Positions 30,876-40,721 of a stretch of 64,000 bases of DNA are shown in pieces (position 1 is the first letter of the stretch; each line of letters begins with the position of its first letter). The notes beneath the pieces were generated by a model, which was not told the DNA's origin, made no database searches, and worked only from the letters and a program-made list of their open reading frames with translations. A program made the position numbers and the translations under genes. Source of the stretch: a phage; the sequence record OM867527.1; one strand, 5' to 3'.

Positions 30876-32918
30876 TTACTTAGCAGCTTTGATCAGCTTG
30901 GTAGCTAACTTAGCTTCTTCTTCAGTCAGACCCATTGCAGTGAATGACTTCTTAGCATGACGTTTATAGTCTTGCAGAGCATGGCCTTTCTGATAGTCGG
31001 AGTACGTCGTATCGTTAAGGATGCTACGCAGATTATTAGCGTGTGTTCCATTAATTGGTTTAGGGGCAGTTTTAATAGGTTTGCTTACCTTCACTGGCTT
31101 AGGTTTACCAATAGGCTTAGCTGTATAGGTTGCACGTACATCGGCAATCTTAGCTACAACATCACTACCTACGTCGAATGCACCCCAGGGCTTACGAGCT
31201 TTACCACGCAGTTCTACTAGAAGGTCAGCAGCAGCTAACTTATCTTCTGGTGTTGTTGCATTAAGGAACTCTTTGACCAGTTCCTGGATTTGTTCTTTCA
31301 CAGTAGGAGCCTTCTTAATAACAGGTTTAAGGTCGGTAGCTTTCACTGGTTCAGCTGCTACAGCTTCATTCAGTGACTCTTCCATGTTCAGTGTCTCTTT
31401 ACTAGCAACTGTACGGAATTGTTCTACTGAACCAGATGTGAGATTGGTGTATTTGAGGTTAGTACCATAATGGCCTCCAACCATAATAAGTGTGGTAGGT
31501 GAACTATGGTTCCCAACGATGGCATCATTAAGCAGCTTCTTACCTACTTCTGTCTTAGACAGGTAGATACCATTATTAACGTTATTACGTTCCTCTTCCG
31601 GTAGTTCAGCAATAATGTGATACGCAGATACACGCATCTTATTGGTGCTGTACTCAGGAACAGCAAATACATCTTCTGGAGCTACTTTACCAAGGATAGT
31701 TACGTTACCACCGAAGCTACGAATATAGCTCATGGATGCTACGTGCAGACCATTGGAACAGTCCTGACGACGGTCAGGGTCTACCAAGTCTTCTCGTACC
31801 TGCACTTTACAACCTACCCACTGACGAATGTTACCTGAGTGACAGTCAACGAATACACGCTTACCATCCTCTGTGCCTTTATATTGCAGGCGTTTGAGGA
31901 ACAGGATTGAACCATCATCGGCAATAGGCAGTTCAGCAGTTTCCATGAACTTCATCAGGTCTTCCACTGAGTGCAGACGGTCTTTAATAACCGGAGCCAG
32001 ACGCTCAAGGAACTTAGTAAAGCCCTTGTAGTCTTTCAGCTTGGCAGACTGGCGTAAGTGACGATGCAGATTCTCAACTCCAGGGATAACCCCATTGTTG
32101 GTAACAGCAACAACCACTTCATCTTCTTTCACTTCAGTATGGAAGTTAGCGTCATCGGTGCTAATAGCTCCCAATGCAGCTAACTTCTCAGAAGCAGCAG
32201 CCAGCTTATCTTGGTTCGTAGTTTTAGCTACTTCAATGTAAGGCGGTGGGGTATGTTTACGGCTGGTGAATACAATGTGTACTCCTTTGATGTGTTTAGC
32301 TTGTTTAGCAAACTCGCTCATTTCATCATCGGATACTGCACGAATTGCAATAGGCCATTCCTGAGCAAGGGTACGGCTGGTGTGGGCATAACCCCAACGC
32401 AGTACGTCGTTAATAAAGCGAACCAGTGCAGGATGGTTATGGTCCTTATCCCAGCCAGTAACCCACATCAGATTGTCACGTCTGTCGTAGCAACCGTCAG
32501 ATACAGTTACTTCTGGTTCATTAGCCTGTACAGCCAGGAAGGTATCCATAGCTTTAGACACCAGTGTCTTAGTAGGATTGCCTAGCTTAATATCGGAAAC
32601 GGTATGTGCAGTGGGAACACCAGTACCATCCTGGAAGAACTCTTTAAGTTTAGCTTTAGCTACCTTGAAGAAACGGACGAATCCGTTAGTGTTCTTCTCT
32701 GCTTCCAGATATTCAGTACGCAGGTTTACTTCCGGTGCAATGTTTACTTCTATCTGGTCTTTGGTAGTTCCCAGACCTTTGGTTTGTGCTTCAGATACAA
32801 TGCGAGCAACCCGTGGGTCGCTCTGAGGATATACAATCGTGGAGCCATCAGGCTTCCACAGTGTAAGGTTACGACTGTCAACTGCCAGTGCGATGATAGA
32901 AATCAGTTCGATTTTCAT
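30876..32918 (-). CDS. rIIB-like protein (assigned by position downstream of rIIA-like)
   Basis: 680-aa ORF directly downstream of the rIIA-like gene with a 5-nt gap. No independent motif support. Confidence 0.3.
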   Translation of the reverse strand: MKIELISIIALAVDSRNLTLWKPDGSTIVYPQSDPRVARIVSEAQTKGLGTTKDQIEVNIAPEVNLRTEYLEAEKNTNGFVRFFKVAKAKLKEFFQDGTGVPTAHTVSDIKLGNPTKTLVSKAMDTFLAVQANEPEVTVSDGCYDRRDNLMWVTGWDKDHNHPALVRFINDVLRWGYAHTSRTLAQEWPIAIRAVSDDEMSEFAKQAKHIKGVHIVFTSRKHTPPPYIEVAKTTNQDKLAAASEKLAALGAISTDDANFHTEVKEDEVVVAVTNNGVIPGVENLHRHLRQSAKLKDYKGFTKFLERLAPVIKDRLHSVEDLMKFMETAELPIADDGSILFLKRLQYKGTEDGKRVFVDCHSGNIRQWVGCKVQVREDLVDPDRRQDCSNGLHVASMSYIRSFGGNVTILGKVAPEDVFAVPEYSTNKMRVSAYHIIAELPEEERNNVNNGIYLSKTEVGKKLLNDAIVGNHSSPTTLIMVGGHYGTNLKYTNLTSGSVEQFRTVASKETLNMEESLNEAVAAEPVKATDLKPVIKKAPTVKEQIQELVKEFLNATTPEDKLAAADLLVELRGKARKPWGAFDVGSDVVAKIADVRATYTAKPIGKPKPVKVSKPIKTAPKPINGTHANNLRSILNDTTYSDYQKGHALQDYKRHAKKSFTAMGLTEEEAKLATKLIKAAK

Positions 32919-32922
32919 CTGA

Positions 32923-35490
32923 TTAGTTACCTTTCAGTTTATTTAGACGATTACGGTAGAGGGACTTAAACCCAGGAATATCCTCTGGATTTTTCTTGAG
33001 GTGTTTAACTAAACTACCTAAGTCCAGCGTCTGTAGGATGTCATTTTTATTCCAGCTATAACTGAATAATCCTTTGTAATCATTAAGTATTTGGAAATAT
33101 TTATGATTGCGCGGATTAACCATCATTGTATATGGCTCTAAGTCATCAACTGACTTAATACAACCCATTTCAACAAGTTTTTCTTTGTTGTCATGCGGTC
33201 GATTTCGTAGAAAGTCATATGCCCATTCATATTCTGGTTTAAAAATCAGATTCTGTAATGGTTTGAATGTTAGACCCAGTATGTCTAGAATTTCCCAGTA
33301 CTCTCTGTCATCCAGTCCTATGTATTCCAGAATACCAATACGGTGTTCAGTAACATATTTCTTGAATCCTTTACTGGTAATAACAGACATCAACTCATTA
33401 AAGCGAACATCATCAATGTGGATGGCACCACGTCGTTTGGCTTTGTTAGCTTCGATTTGATTACGGCAGACAACAGTCTCTGCTTTCATCTCATCGGATA
33501 ACTCATACCATTTCCACATGGTTCCAATTTGAGCAGTTGCAGGACTACCAGAACCAACCTGATTGGCTAGTACGTAGTACTTAGGCTGTTCTACTTCAAC
33601 GAAACCATATTTCTCATGACGACTTGGGTCAGCAAATTCTTTCTGAATATACGGCTTGGGTTCCCAATCTCCATTTTTATTCCGTACCTGGGTAGTATCA
33701 AGAACTGCATTCAATGAAACCAGTGCATTAGTTTTACCCCCTGCTTTGGTTTTATTGGCAGCTATTGTCTTAGCCCGTTTCTCGGCAGCTAACTTAGCCT
33801 GTTCCCTACGGAAGTTAGTTGGCTTGTCCCACTCATTATATTGAGTAAGGTCAATTACCCGATAGCCCATAGCAGTGAACTTAGCTACAGCTTCCTCTGC
33901 TGCACCCTTCTTAGGACCAACGACGTGAACAAAAGCTGTACGCTCCAAGTCACCTCGGTTGTATTCAGGGAAGTACGAGAAAGAGTCTGCACAATCAGAC
34001 AAACGTCTGGTAACTACAACGTTTTTGGTAGTGAATATACCGATACTCTGGTGAGAGTTATTGTATATCCTAAAGTAATCAGTAAGTTTACCTTTTACCA
34101 AGTCAACACGGTTACCTTGATTCATTATGTAACCAGACCACTTAATACCTGAGGTTTTTAAAGCAGCAAGTTGAGGTAGGTGCAGATGGCGATATACTAA
34201 TTCCGAGAATGGGGAGTATGTACTTTCTCCACGAGTATCCTTAAGAGCACGCATAGCCTTACCATACAACTTCTTAAGTCCTGCATATTCAGGACGGGCC
34301 AATAATGCTTTATTGGATAGGTTACGCCAGTGCTTGATGTAATGCTTGCGTTGCTTAGCCCACAAACTAGAGGACATATAGCGTTGAACGGTTCTGTCTG
34401 TAACAGCACCCAGGAAAGAAGGATATTCCCAGAAGCGGGTAGAGGATTCAGAGGCGTATTCCTCAACCTGCTTAATAGCTTCAGGAATCTTAGCCTTAAT
34501 CTCTTTCTCCATACGGTCTACTAAATCTACACACAGAGTAGTAATACCATCGTCGGTTAACTTCTGGTTAGATAGTGTTTCACGACTAGGAGCAATAGCT
34601 AGAGTATCCGGTGCAGCCTGAACTACTAGATTGTCAGCACCAATAATATTCATGAAGTTGAGGATAAGACCTACAGCTTCTTCACTAGCAGGGCTGGATA
34701 CAATTGGGTACATTACATTACCGTAACGAACGAATATGTTACTGTTGCCCATATAGCCTTTATACCAGCTATCAGACATATCATATGAACCAGGTTCAAA
34801 TGACATACCCAGCGTATTCAGTAGAGTGTAGTCACCTTGTTGAATACTATTACCTTCTTCCGTTTTAACAAGTTTAGGAATACTAAGTTCAGCTTTAATC
34901 TCACCGTTAAATACAATTGATGTGATGTAATGCACGAAGGTATTTACATCATGCTTTCCTAACTGGAATTTAACTTCCAGACCAGATTCCTCAGTGGGAA
35001 TATTGGTAACAATAGGAACAATACCAGGCTTACCATCATTCTCAATTGCAGCCTTAGCTACGTTATATACCGACATCTTTCCTTGGTTCCATGAAGTAAC
35101 CTGGAAGCTATCTGTATAAGCGAATGGGGATTTACATCCCAGACCAAAGCCACCAGTAACACTACTATTGGCTTTCTTAGTAGATGCACCATAGACGCCA
35201 TAAATGGAACCAATGAGTTCATCCGGGATACCATTACCAAAGTCACGGAAGGTAATAAAGTTATCAGTATCAATAGTGATACGGATAGGAGTATCAGTCT
35301 TACCTGCTTCAATATGAGCATCCCAACTATTACAGATAGTCTCACGAACCACTGCTAAAGTAGGATTGTTATACAGGGAAGTACTTAATACATGAAAGAA
35401 TGCTGGGTCATCAGAGATGCCAAAGGCAATTGTTTCTTTGCCACCCAGTGTCGCTGAGGTAGCTATTTCATTGGTATCTGCAACTAACAT
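32923..35490 (-). CDS. rIIA: rIIA-like protein with GHKL (Bergerat-fold) ATPase domain
   Basis: N-box (VRETICNSWDA), G1 box (FRDFGNGIP) and G2 box (GGFGLGCKS) of a histidine-kinase-like ATPase, as in T4 rIIA. Confidence 0.55.
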   Translation of the reverse strand: MLVADTNEIATSATLGGKETIAFGISDDPAFFHVLSTSLYNNPTLAVVRETICNSWDAHIEAGKTDTPIRITIDTDNFITFRDFGNGIPDELIGSIYGVYGASTKKANSSVTGGFGLGCKSPFAYTDSFQVTSWNQGKMSVYNVAKAAIENDGKPGIVPIVTNIPTEESGLEVKFQLGKHDVNTFVHYITSIVFNGEIKAELSIPKLVKTEEGNSIQQGDYTLLNTLGMSFEPGSYDMSDSWYKGYMGNSNIFVRYGNVMYPIVSSPASEEAVGLILNFMNIIGADNLVVQAAPDTLAIAPSRETLSNQKLTDDGITTLCVDLVDRMEKEIKAKIPEAIKQVEEYASESSTRFWEYPSFLGAVTDRTVQRYMSSSLWAKQRKHYIKHWRNLSNKALLARPEYAGLKKLYGKAMRALKDTRGESTYSPFSELVYRHLHLPQLAALKTSGIKWSGYIMNQGNRVDLVKGKLTDYFRIYNNSHQSIGIFTTKNVVVTRRLSDCADSFSYFPEYNRGDLERTAFVHVVGPKKGAAEEAVAKFTAMGYRVIDLTQYNEWDKPTNFRREQAKLAAEKRAKTIAANKTKAGGKTNALVSLNAVLDTTQVRNKNGDWEPKPYIQKEFADPSRHEKYGFVEVEQPKYYVLANQVGSGSPATAQIGTMWKWYELSDEMKAETVVCRNQIEANKAKRRGAIHIDDVRFNELMSVITSKGFKKYVTEHRIGILEYIGLDDREYWEILDILGLTFKPLQNLIFKPEYEWAYDFLRNRPHDNKEKLVEMGCIKSVDDLEPYTMMVNPRNHKYFQILNDYKGLFSYSWNKNDILQTLDLGSLVKHLKKNPEDIPGFKSLYRNRLNKLKGN

Positions 35491-35530
35491 TTATTTACTC
35501 TCCAGATTAAATGTTGCTTCTTAATATTGA

Positions 35531-35839
35531 TTAACGTTTACTTGCCATTGCTTGAAGGACAAATACTACAGTATCGGAAACTTGTTCATCCGTTGGTTCA
35601 ACTAATTGTCCATTCTCGTCATACATTTCTTTCAGAAGTGCATTCAGTTCAGCCATACCAGCCAGTATCATTTCCTTGCTTGGCTCTATCCATAACTTAC
35701 GTTCCTCTGCCAGTGCAGCAATGCACATACATAGAGAAGCAATGTTAGCTGGGCAAGCAGCAATATCACCTGTAACTGCAATTTCGCTAAGTGGAACAGC
35801 CTTACCGGTTTTACTATGAATTACTTCAGGGTTAATCAT
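35531..35839 (-). CDS. Hypothetical protein (about 102 aa)
   Basis: ATG 35839 has a GGAG RBS and avoids overlap with the upstream gene. Confidence 0.4.
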   Translation of the reverse strand: MINPEVIHSKTGKAVPLSEIAVTGDIAACPANIASLCMCIAALAEERKLWIEPSKEMILAGMAELNALLKEMYDENGQLVEPTDEQVSDTVVFVLQAMASKR

Positions 35840-36044
35840 GAATTTGCTCCAGGTTATGGGCAGGAATAGGGAAGCATGGATAGTCACCGGTAGGGTCCAG
35901 TGTTACTGACACATGCAGTGTATTGGTCATTTGGGTTAGCATCTGAGCAGCATTGAAATCATCCTGGATACAGGCATATACAATGTCACCCTTCTCACCC
36001 TCACACATTATGGGTGTGTCTTTGATACGGTATTTAGCAGGCAT
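35832..36044 (-). CDS. Hypothetical protein (70 aa)
   Basis: Short reverse ORF in a co-directional array. Confidence 0.35.
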   Translation of the reverse strand: MPAKYRIKDTPIMCEGEKGDIVYACIQDDFNAAQMLTQMTNTLHVSVTLDPTGDYPCFPIPAHNLEQIHD

Positions 36045-36053
36045 ATTGTTTCC

Positions 36054-36278
36054 TTATTTTTTAATAACAATGGGATTTCTGTAATCCCAGGCTCTATTAA
36101 GTTTTTCCAACTTAAATCCTGCATACTCTGCTTCTTTAGACAGGATATCTTCGGCAGTGTCCATTGCATTAATTTTGCGTAAACGCCCATCTATACAGAT
36201 GTTTTTAAAACTGCCTATGGATTCTCTGTATATTCCATTGGAATCTTTCTCTAGCATGGTTGCATACCAACTTGCCAT
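36054..36278 (-). CDS. Hypothetical protein (about 74 aa)
   Basis: ATG 36278 has a strong AGGAGG RBS at 5-nt spacing. Confidence 0.4.
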   Translation of the reverse strand: MASWYATMLEKDSNGIYRESIGSFKNICIDGRLRKINAMDTAEDILSKEAEYAGFKLEKLNRAWDYRNPIVIKK

Positions 36279-36304
36279 AAGTCCTCCTGGGACAGTTATT
36301 GAAA

Positions 36305-36333
36305 CCAAAAAAAGACCTCCCGGAGGAGGTCTT
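36305..36333 (-). terminator. Rho-independent terminator (minus strand)
   Basis: Minus-strand reading: GACCTCC-TCCG-GGAGGTC followed by TTTTTTT. Confidence 0.55.
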
Positions 36334-36337
36334 AGGT

Positions 36338-36574
36338 CTACTTACTATTTCCACCAAAGAAGCGTATCACACGTTCCTTTGCTTCATCCTGCTCCTTAAT
36401 GGCTACATAATCCCGTGCATAGTAATATGCACACCATAAGCCAAGAGTACATGCAGAGAAGCGAGCCACTACGAAGAACATCTCTTCCAGGCTCTGAGCA
36501 TTATGTAATGAAAATACAAATTCCAGAACCAGGATGATACTTATAATCATTGCTTGGATAGCTAGTTTTTTCAT
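36338..36574 (-). CDS. Small membrane protein (78 aa)
   Basis: Two hydrophobic helices (LAIQAMIISIILVLEFVF and FSACTLGLWCAYYYA). Confidence 0.4.
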   Translation of the reverse strand: MKKLAIQAMIISIILVLEFVFSLHNAQSLEEMFFVVARFSACTLGLWCAYYYARDYVAIKEQDEAKERVIRFFGGNSK

Positions 36575-37515
36575 TCAGTAATAGTCTCACCAGGAATTAA
36601 TTTACGGAATTGAATAAAGTGAAGCAGGTTACCTGAGTACAGTTTCCCTTCTTTATCCATGGATGTAACACCTTGTTCCCAGGTAACTGGGTTCATGTTA
36701 TTCACGTACTTCTCACCAAGATTCATAGGTGTAGCCTGATGTTCTGTTGGGGAAGCATGAATAGGTTGGTTTTCCACTAACTTAGCAAATAAGCCAAGGT
36801 CTTCTTCAATAGTAGATGGTCGTCCCTCAAAGTTGTTATAGGAAGCACGGGCACAGCGTGCAGCACTTACTTTGAGAAGTAGGCCATGCACTTCTGCATC
36901 ACTTGGTTCATCGCGTGTAATTCGATTACGTTTGCAGAAATTGTAAGCCCCAACACGGTCAATATGAGCAATATATGGCATATGCCATTGACCGTACGGT
37001 AATGCTCTTGGTGTGCTTTCTTCGTGTGCCTTACGCATTGCTTGAGCCAGTTCACGAATCTCTGGTTGTGCATCTTTGTGGTCACGCAGTCCATAGAAAT
37101 TAGCCCAGCTAGTCGAAGTTACCACTACACGGATGTGTGTGAATGGTTCCAGAATACGGTTAACAATCTGCTTATGTACTTGCCCACGACGCAGCTGTTC
37201 AGCATACACAGCAGCAGCAGATGCAGCGTTATCCCAGATAAACTTAGCATCCTCAATCTCCATAGGAGTGAGTTCTTCCTCTGCTTGCATACCTTTCTGG
37301 TTTTTACCCCAGTGACTTGGCATCACTGGTTCATTACGAACCTGTTCAATAAGCTTAGAGGTAGGAATAGCACGACTGCTTGAAGCATTACGGTTGAATA
37401 CACGGTGAGTCATAAACTCACTGTGGATGAATCGGGGATAAACCAATTCAAAGGTTGTGATACGAGTTCCTGTTTCTGGGTGAACGGAATCTGCAATTAC
37501 TGATGCCTTAATCAT
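36571..37515 (-). CDS. thyX: Flavin-dependent thymidylate synthase ThyX (putative)
   Basis: FMTHRVFNRNASSSRAIP fits the ThyX signature (R/T)HRx7SxR. Confidence 0.55.
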   Translation of the reverse strand: MIKASVIADSVHPETGTRITTFELVYPRFIHSEFMTHRVFNRNASSSRAIPTSKLIEQVRNEPVMPSHWGKNQKGMQAEEELTPMEIEDAKFIWDNAASAAAVYAEQLRRGQVHKQIVNRILEPFTHIRVVVTSTSWANFYGLRDHKDAQPEIRELAQAMRKAHEESTPRALPYGQWHMPYIAHIDRVGAYNFCKRNRITRDEPSDAEVHGLLLKVSAARCARASYNNFEGRPSTIEEDLGLFAKLVENQPIHASPTEHQATPMNLGEKYVNNMNPVTWEQGVTSMDKEGKLYSGNLLHFIQFRKLIPGETITE

Positions 37516-37958
37516 TAGAATGACCTTAGATAGTTGGTGATACCACTTCTCGTCTCTGTGATTCTCTTAACCTGAACGTATACCAGCTTAAACTCACTAC
37601 GAGGTAGTTCTTGTAATACTGCTACACCTTCAGTAAGAGCCACAGAACACGCTACAGCGGTTTCTTCTTTAAAGGAGTACAAGTCTTCATACATGAGGGC
37701 TTCATACTCTTTACGGAGCATACAGAGAGCATTTCTTGCCTTATCACTTACTTCTTGTGAACCAGCAGATATAGCTAAGCTGTATATGATAAAGACTTGT
37801 TCAAAAACAAAGTCCAGTAATCTATCAGGATTGTTAGTCCCTATGAATAATTTTGTTGTGTAGGAACGAGCTTTACGATTGAGTTCATACTCATCCTCTA
37901 TACCTTTCTTATAAAGAACATGGCTTCGTTCTCTTTTTCTTAGGAATGGGATACGCAT
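37515..37958 (-). CDS. Hypothetical protein (147 aa)
   Basis: Reverse ORF; start and stop coupled to the neighbouring genes. Confidence 0.4.
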   Translation of the reverse strand: MRIPFLRKRERSHVLYKKGIEDEYELNRKARSYTTKLFIGTNNPDRLLDFVFEQVFIIYSLAISAGSQEVSDKARNALCMLRKEYEALMYEDLYSFKEETAVACSVALTEGVAVLQELPRSEFKLVYVQVKRITETRSGITNYLRSF

Positions 37959-38356
37959 TAGTATTTACTACCTCTTCTATACCAGGGGTAGTGATGGGTA
38001 GTGCTCTTACTTTTAAACACATCCTTAGTACGAGGATTCTTTTGTATTTGAGCCAGATAAAGTTGTGTAACATCACCACACGGGTTAAGCCAGAACTTAT
38101 CTATGATTCGGTCTACCTTAGATTTCAAATGTGGTTCTGGGGAAACGTAAGTTTCAACAAATACCTGTCTACCTGACCATCCATTAGCTAATGTTTGTTT
38201 CATCTTGGAGAGCGTATTCTCCAGACTCATTAAATCAAACTTAGACTCAGTAATATCTACCGAGTCATGAATTCCTGCGTGTGCAATTAGTCTTTCTTCC
38301 AGTTTACTAAAGTCCAAATCATGTAGGACTGATTTACCTCGTCTATTTTGAAACAT
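37958..38356 (-). CDS. Hypothetical protein (132 aa)
   Basis: Reverse ORF. Confidence 0.4.
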   Translation of the reverse strand: MFQNRRGKSVLHDLDFSKLEERLIAHAGIHDSVDITESKFDLMSLENTLSKMKQTLANGWSGRQVFVETYVSPEPHLKSKVDRIIDKFWLNPCGDVTQLYLAQIQKNPRTKDVFKSKSTTHHYPWYRRGSKY

Positions 38357-38370
38357 AACAGTACCTGTAA

Positions 38371-38398
38371 TTAAAAAAGCCCACGGGTTAGGTGGGCT
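38371..38398 (-). terminator. Rho-independent terminator (minus strand)
   Basis: Minus-strand reading: AAGCCCAC-CTAACCC-GTGGGCTT followed by TTTTTT. Confidence 0.55.
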
Positions 38399-38471
38399 TG
38401 GGTTAGGAGATGGATAAGCAATGAGCTGGAAGTAACTTCCAGAAGTACCCTCTTAGGGATACTTCGGTTAG

Positions 38472-38750
38472 TTACTCTGCTTTACTGCCACCATTGGTTT
38501 GTACAACAGTTACATTAGTAACCTGGTTCTGACCTTTGTTGGACAGTGACCAAATCAGTGCTACTACCCAGAATACTAGTGACCAGCCTAATACGATATT
38601 AAGCACACCAATGCCCCACTTAGAGGCATGGCCTCGTGAGAAAGCAATGATAGTAGGGATAAGGTATACAGCTAATATGAATAAGAAAACAAGGATTGCT
38701 GCTAAAGATTCCATGATGGTTCCTATGTGGGGTTGAGTTAGTTTCTTCAC
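38472..38750 (-). CDS. Superinfection-immunity-like two-TM membrane protein (T4 Imm-like family)
   Basis: Two TM helices with the pattern LIPTIIAFSRGH...VLNIVLGWSLVFWVVALIWS, matching the family signature as I recall it (PTIIA-x-R-x-H ... LGW ... ALIW). Confidence 0.55.
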   Translation of the reverse strand: MKKLTQPHIGTIMESLAAILVFLFILAVYLIPTIIAFSRGHASKWGIGVLNIVLGWSLVFWVVALIWSLSNKGQNQVTNVTVVQTNGGSKAE

Positions 38751-38787
38751 AAATAGCCCAACTATGCTGGGCTATTTAGGCAGCTAC

Positions 38788-38997
38788 TTACTCAGCATCT
38801 TTGCTTGCAGGAGCAAGAGCTTTCTTCAGGTAATTACGTACCGAACGATAGGTTTCTTTGGTGTCCATAGTACTATCATTTACGAATGTGATACGTGCAC
38901 AATCAGACAGTGGAATCTGTTCCACTCCTACTACATTTGCAGCATTAATGGTTACACGTACATCTGAGGTTGCATGAGTTACTTGAAATACTGACAT
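38788..38997 (-). CDS. Hypothetical protein (69 aa)
   Basis: Short reverse ORF. Confidence 0.35.
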   Translation of the reverse strand: MSVFQVTHATSDVRVTINAANVVGVEQIPLSDCARITFVNDSTMDTKETYRSVRNYLKKALAPASKDAE

Positions 38998-39006
38998 GTT
39001 GTTTCC

Positions 39007-39513
39007 TTATTTACTTTCTTTAGCTTTTACTGGTTTATCCGGTTGATTCATGTACTTGCCATTGTAATTAGCAGGTTCCTGAACCAGATGAAATAATACT
39101 TGAGCTATCCCAGCACCAGCCGGGATATGCAATTTCTTACGACCATGATAGACCAATTCAAGGGTAAGATATCCTTTCCATCCTGGTTCTATTACGGTAT
39201 TGAACACTGATAATGCGCGTCTTGCCCATGTAGACTTATCGTGAACGATAGCTACACAGGACGGAGACATGTTGAACTTCTCAATTGCTGAAGCCAATGT
39301 GAACTTACCGAAATGGTGTGATACTTGATTTCCATCAACGACTTTCACCATTGGAATCAACCCAAATAAGCGATAGAAGGTAATATCTTGTTTGATACGA
39401 ATATCATAACCAGCTTCCCCCAATCCATAGCTTACACCGTGTTCGGATACCTTACGGTCTGGAACATCCAGCAATTGGGATGAACGATATAGAGAATTAC
39501 CGTTAACAACCAT
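39007..39513 (-). CDS. dCTP deaminase/dUTPase-superfamily protein
   Basis: GYDIR and NTVIEPGWKGYLTLEL...GAGIAQVLF resemble the dCTP deaminase beta-barrel motifs. Confidence 0.5.
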   Translation of the reverse strand: MVVNGNSLYRSSQLLDVPDRKVSEHGVSYGLGEAGYDIRIKQDITFYRLFGLIPMVKVVDGNQVSHHFGKFTLASAIEKFNMSPSCVAIVHDKSTWARRALSVFNTVIEPGWKGYLTLELVYHGRKKLHIPAGAGIAQVLFHLVQEPANYNGKYMNQPDKPVKAKESK

Positions 39514-40721
39514 TATTTCATTCCTTTAGGGATATGAACTACCTCCCCAAAAGGTACGGTAGCATTAGGATTATTCAGAACACACCAGATGATAGGAATA
39601 TCAAATGGCAATTCTTCCATTGGACGAACATACATATCAGAGAATATGATTGCAGCGGTTGGCTTATTCTTAATAATCCACTCGCGTACTGGTTCTAGGT
39701 TTGTACCACCACGACCAGTAATCTTAATCTCTTCGAAAGTATCTTCTTCAGTGATGTCTATTTCTTCTTGAATAATATCGTCAAAGGTAATTAAGGACAT
39801 CTTCTTAGGATTGAACTGGCTCTTAACGTAGGCAACCTCTGAGTTAAAACGTAGAGAGTCAGCACTACTAATAGAACCAGATACATCTTCAAAGTAGGCT
39901 AAGTGTCGTAGACGTCCTTCATCATCTTCCAGTGAAGGTAGATAGATGTCAGTGTAACGACGGTTAGGTCTGGCCCACGTATAGTGAGTGTCATTAATGT
40001 CGGTAAAGAAGTTCATGAGAACTTCCTGCCATGGAACCACTGGCTTAAGGAATTGGGTAATAACCTCTTCCATACGACCAGCACCTTTACCGGGCATCTG
40101 TCCACCAGCCATCTTCTGGCTCTGCATTGCACGTACTACGTTGTTGACAACAGCACCCTGGGACTGCCCCGAAGTGGGGGATTTCATGTCGCCAGCAAGA
40201 CCTGCTCCAGCACCCCCCGACGGCTTCTGCCTTTTCTGGGGGTTCTTCATCAGGTCATCGTAGATGTCTTCTTCAACCCATCCTTTATATTGAGGGTCTT
40301 TGCAAATGCCTTCATCGATACCAGTGAACTTGTAACCATCCTCTTCTAACTGAAGGTTAATGAAGTGGTCACACGCCTGGTTCCAGACTTCTGGGTCACG
40401 GCTTCCACGACGAATGTCATGTAGATATGCCACATGCCATAGTTCATGCATTAATACTGTTTCTCTTGCATCTGGACACATCCAGATAAAGAAATCAGGG
40501 TTGAAATGGAGTTCTATCCCATCAGTACATGCAGTGGGGCAATCCTCACGTTTCCATGAGAATTTAAGGCTACACAGTAATGAACCAAAGAACGCAGCAC
40601 TGCGTCCTAGGAAAGCCTGAGCCTGAATACGGTCATACTCACGCATGAGTTGTTCATCACTAAGTGTGTGCTGAGGAAATTGGTTCATGTTGTGATTATC
40701 CGTGAATGTAACGAGAGACAT
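39513..40721 (-). CDS. VWA-like domain protein with HExxH-like metallopeptidase-type motif
   Basis: LMHELWHVAYLHD (HExxH) in the N-terminal half; overlaps the upstream AAA+ gene by 26 nt, implying co-translation. Domain identity is from recollection of the VWA/DUF2201-type family; needs an HMM check. Confidence 0.45.
   Translation of the reverse strand: MSLVTFTDNHNMNQFPQHTLSDEQLMREYDRIQAQAFLGRSAAFFGSLLCSLKFSWKREDCPTACTDGIELHFNPDFFIWMCPDARETVLMHELWHVAYLHDIRRGSRDPEVWNQACDHFINLQLEEDGYKFTGIDEGICKDPQYKGWVEEDIYDDLMKNPQKRQKPSGGAGAGLAGDMKSPTSGQSQGAVVNNVVRAMQSQKMAGGQMPGKGAGRMEEVITQFLKPVVPWQEVLMNFFTDINDTHYTWARPNRRYTDIYLPSLEDDEGRLRHLAYFEDVSGSISSADSLRFNSEVAYVKSQFNPKKMSLITFDDIIQEEIDITEEDTFEEIKITGRGGTNLEPVREWIIKNKPTAAIIFSDMYVRPMEELPFDIPIIWCVLNNPNATVPFGEVVHIPKGMK

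Noticed and set aside
20453-40620. Plus-strand ORFs listed inside the reverse replication/metabolism genes (for example 20453..20854, 29169..29573, 39984..40349)
   Set aside because: Antisense to well-supported genes (SSB-like, helicase, VWA partner) and without start-site signals; considered spurious.
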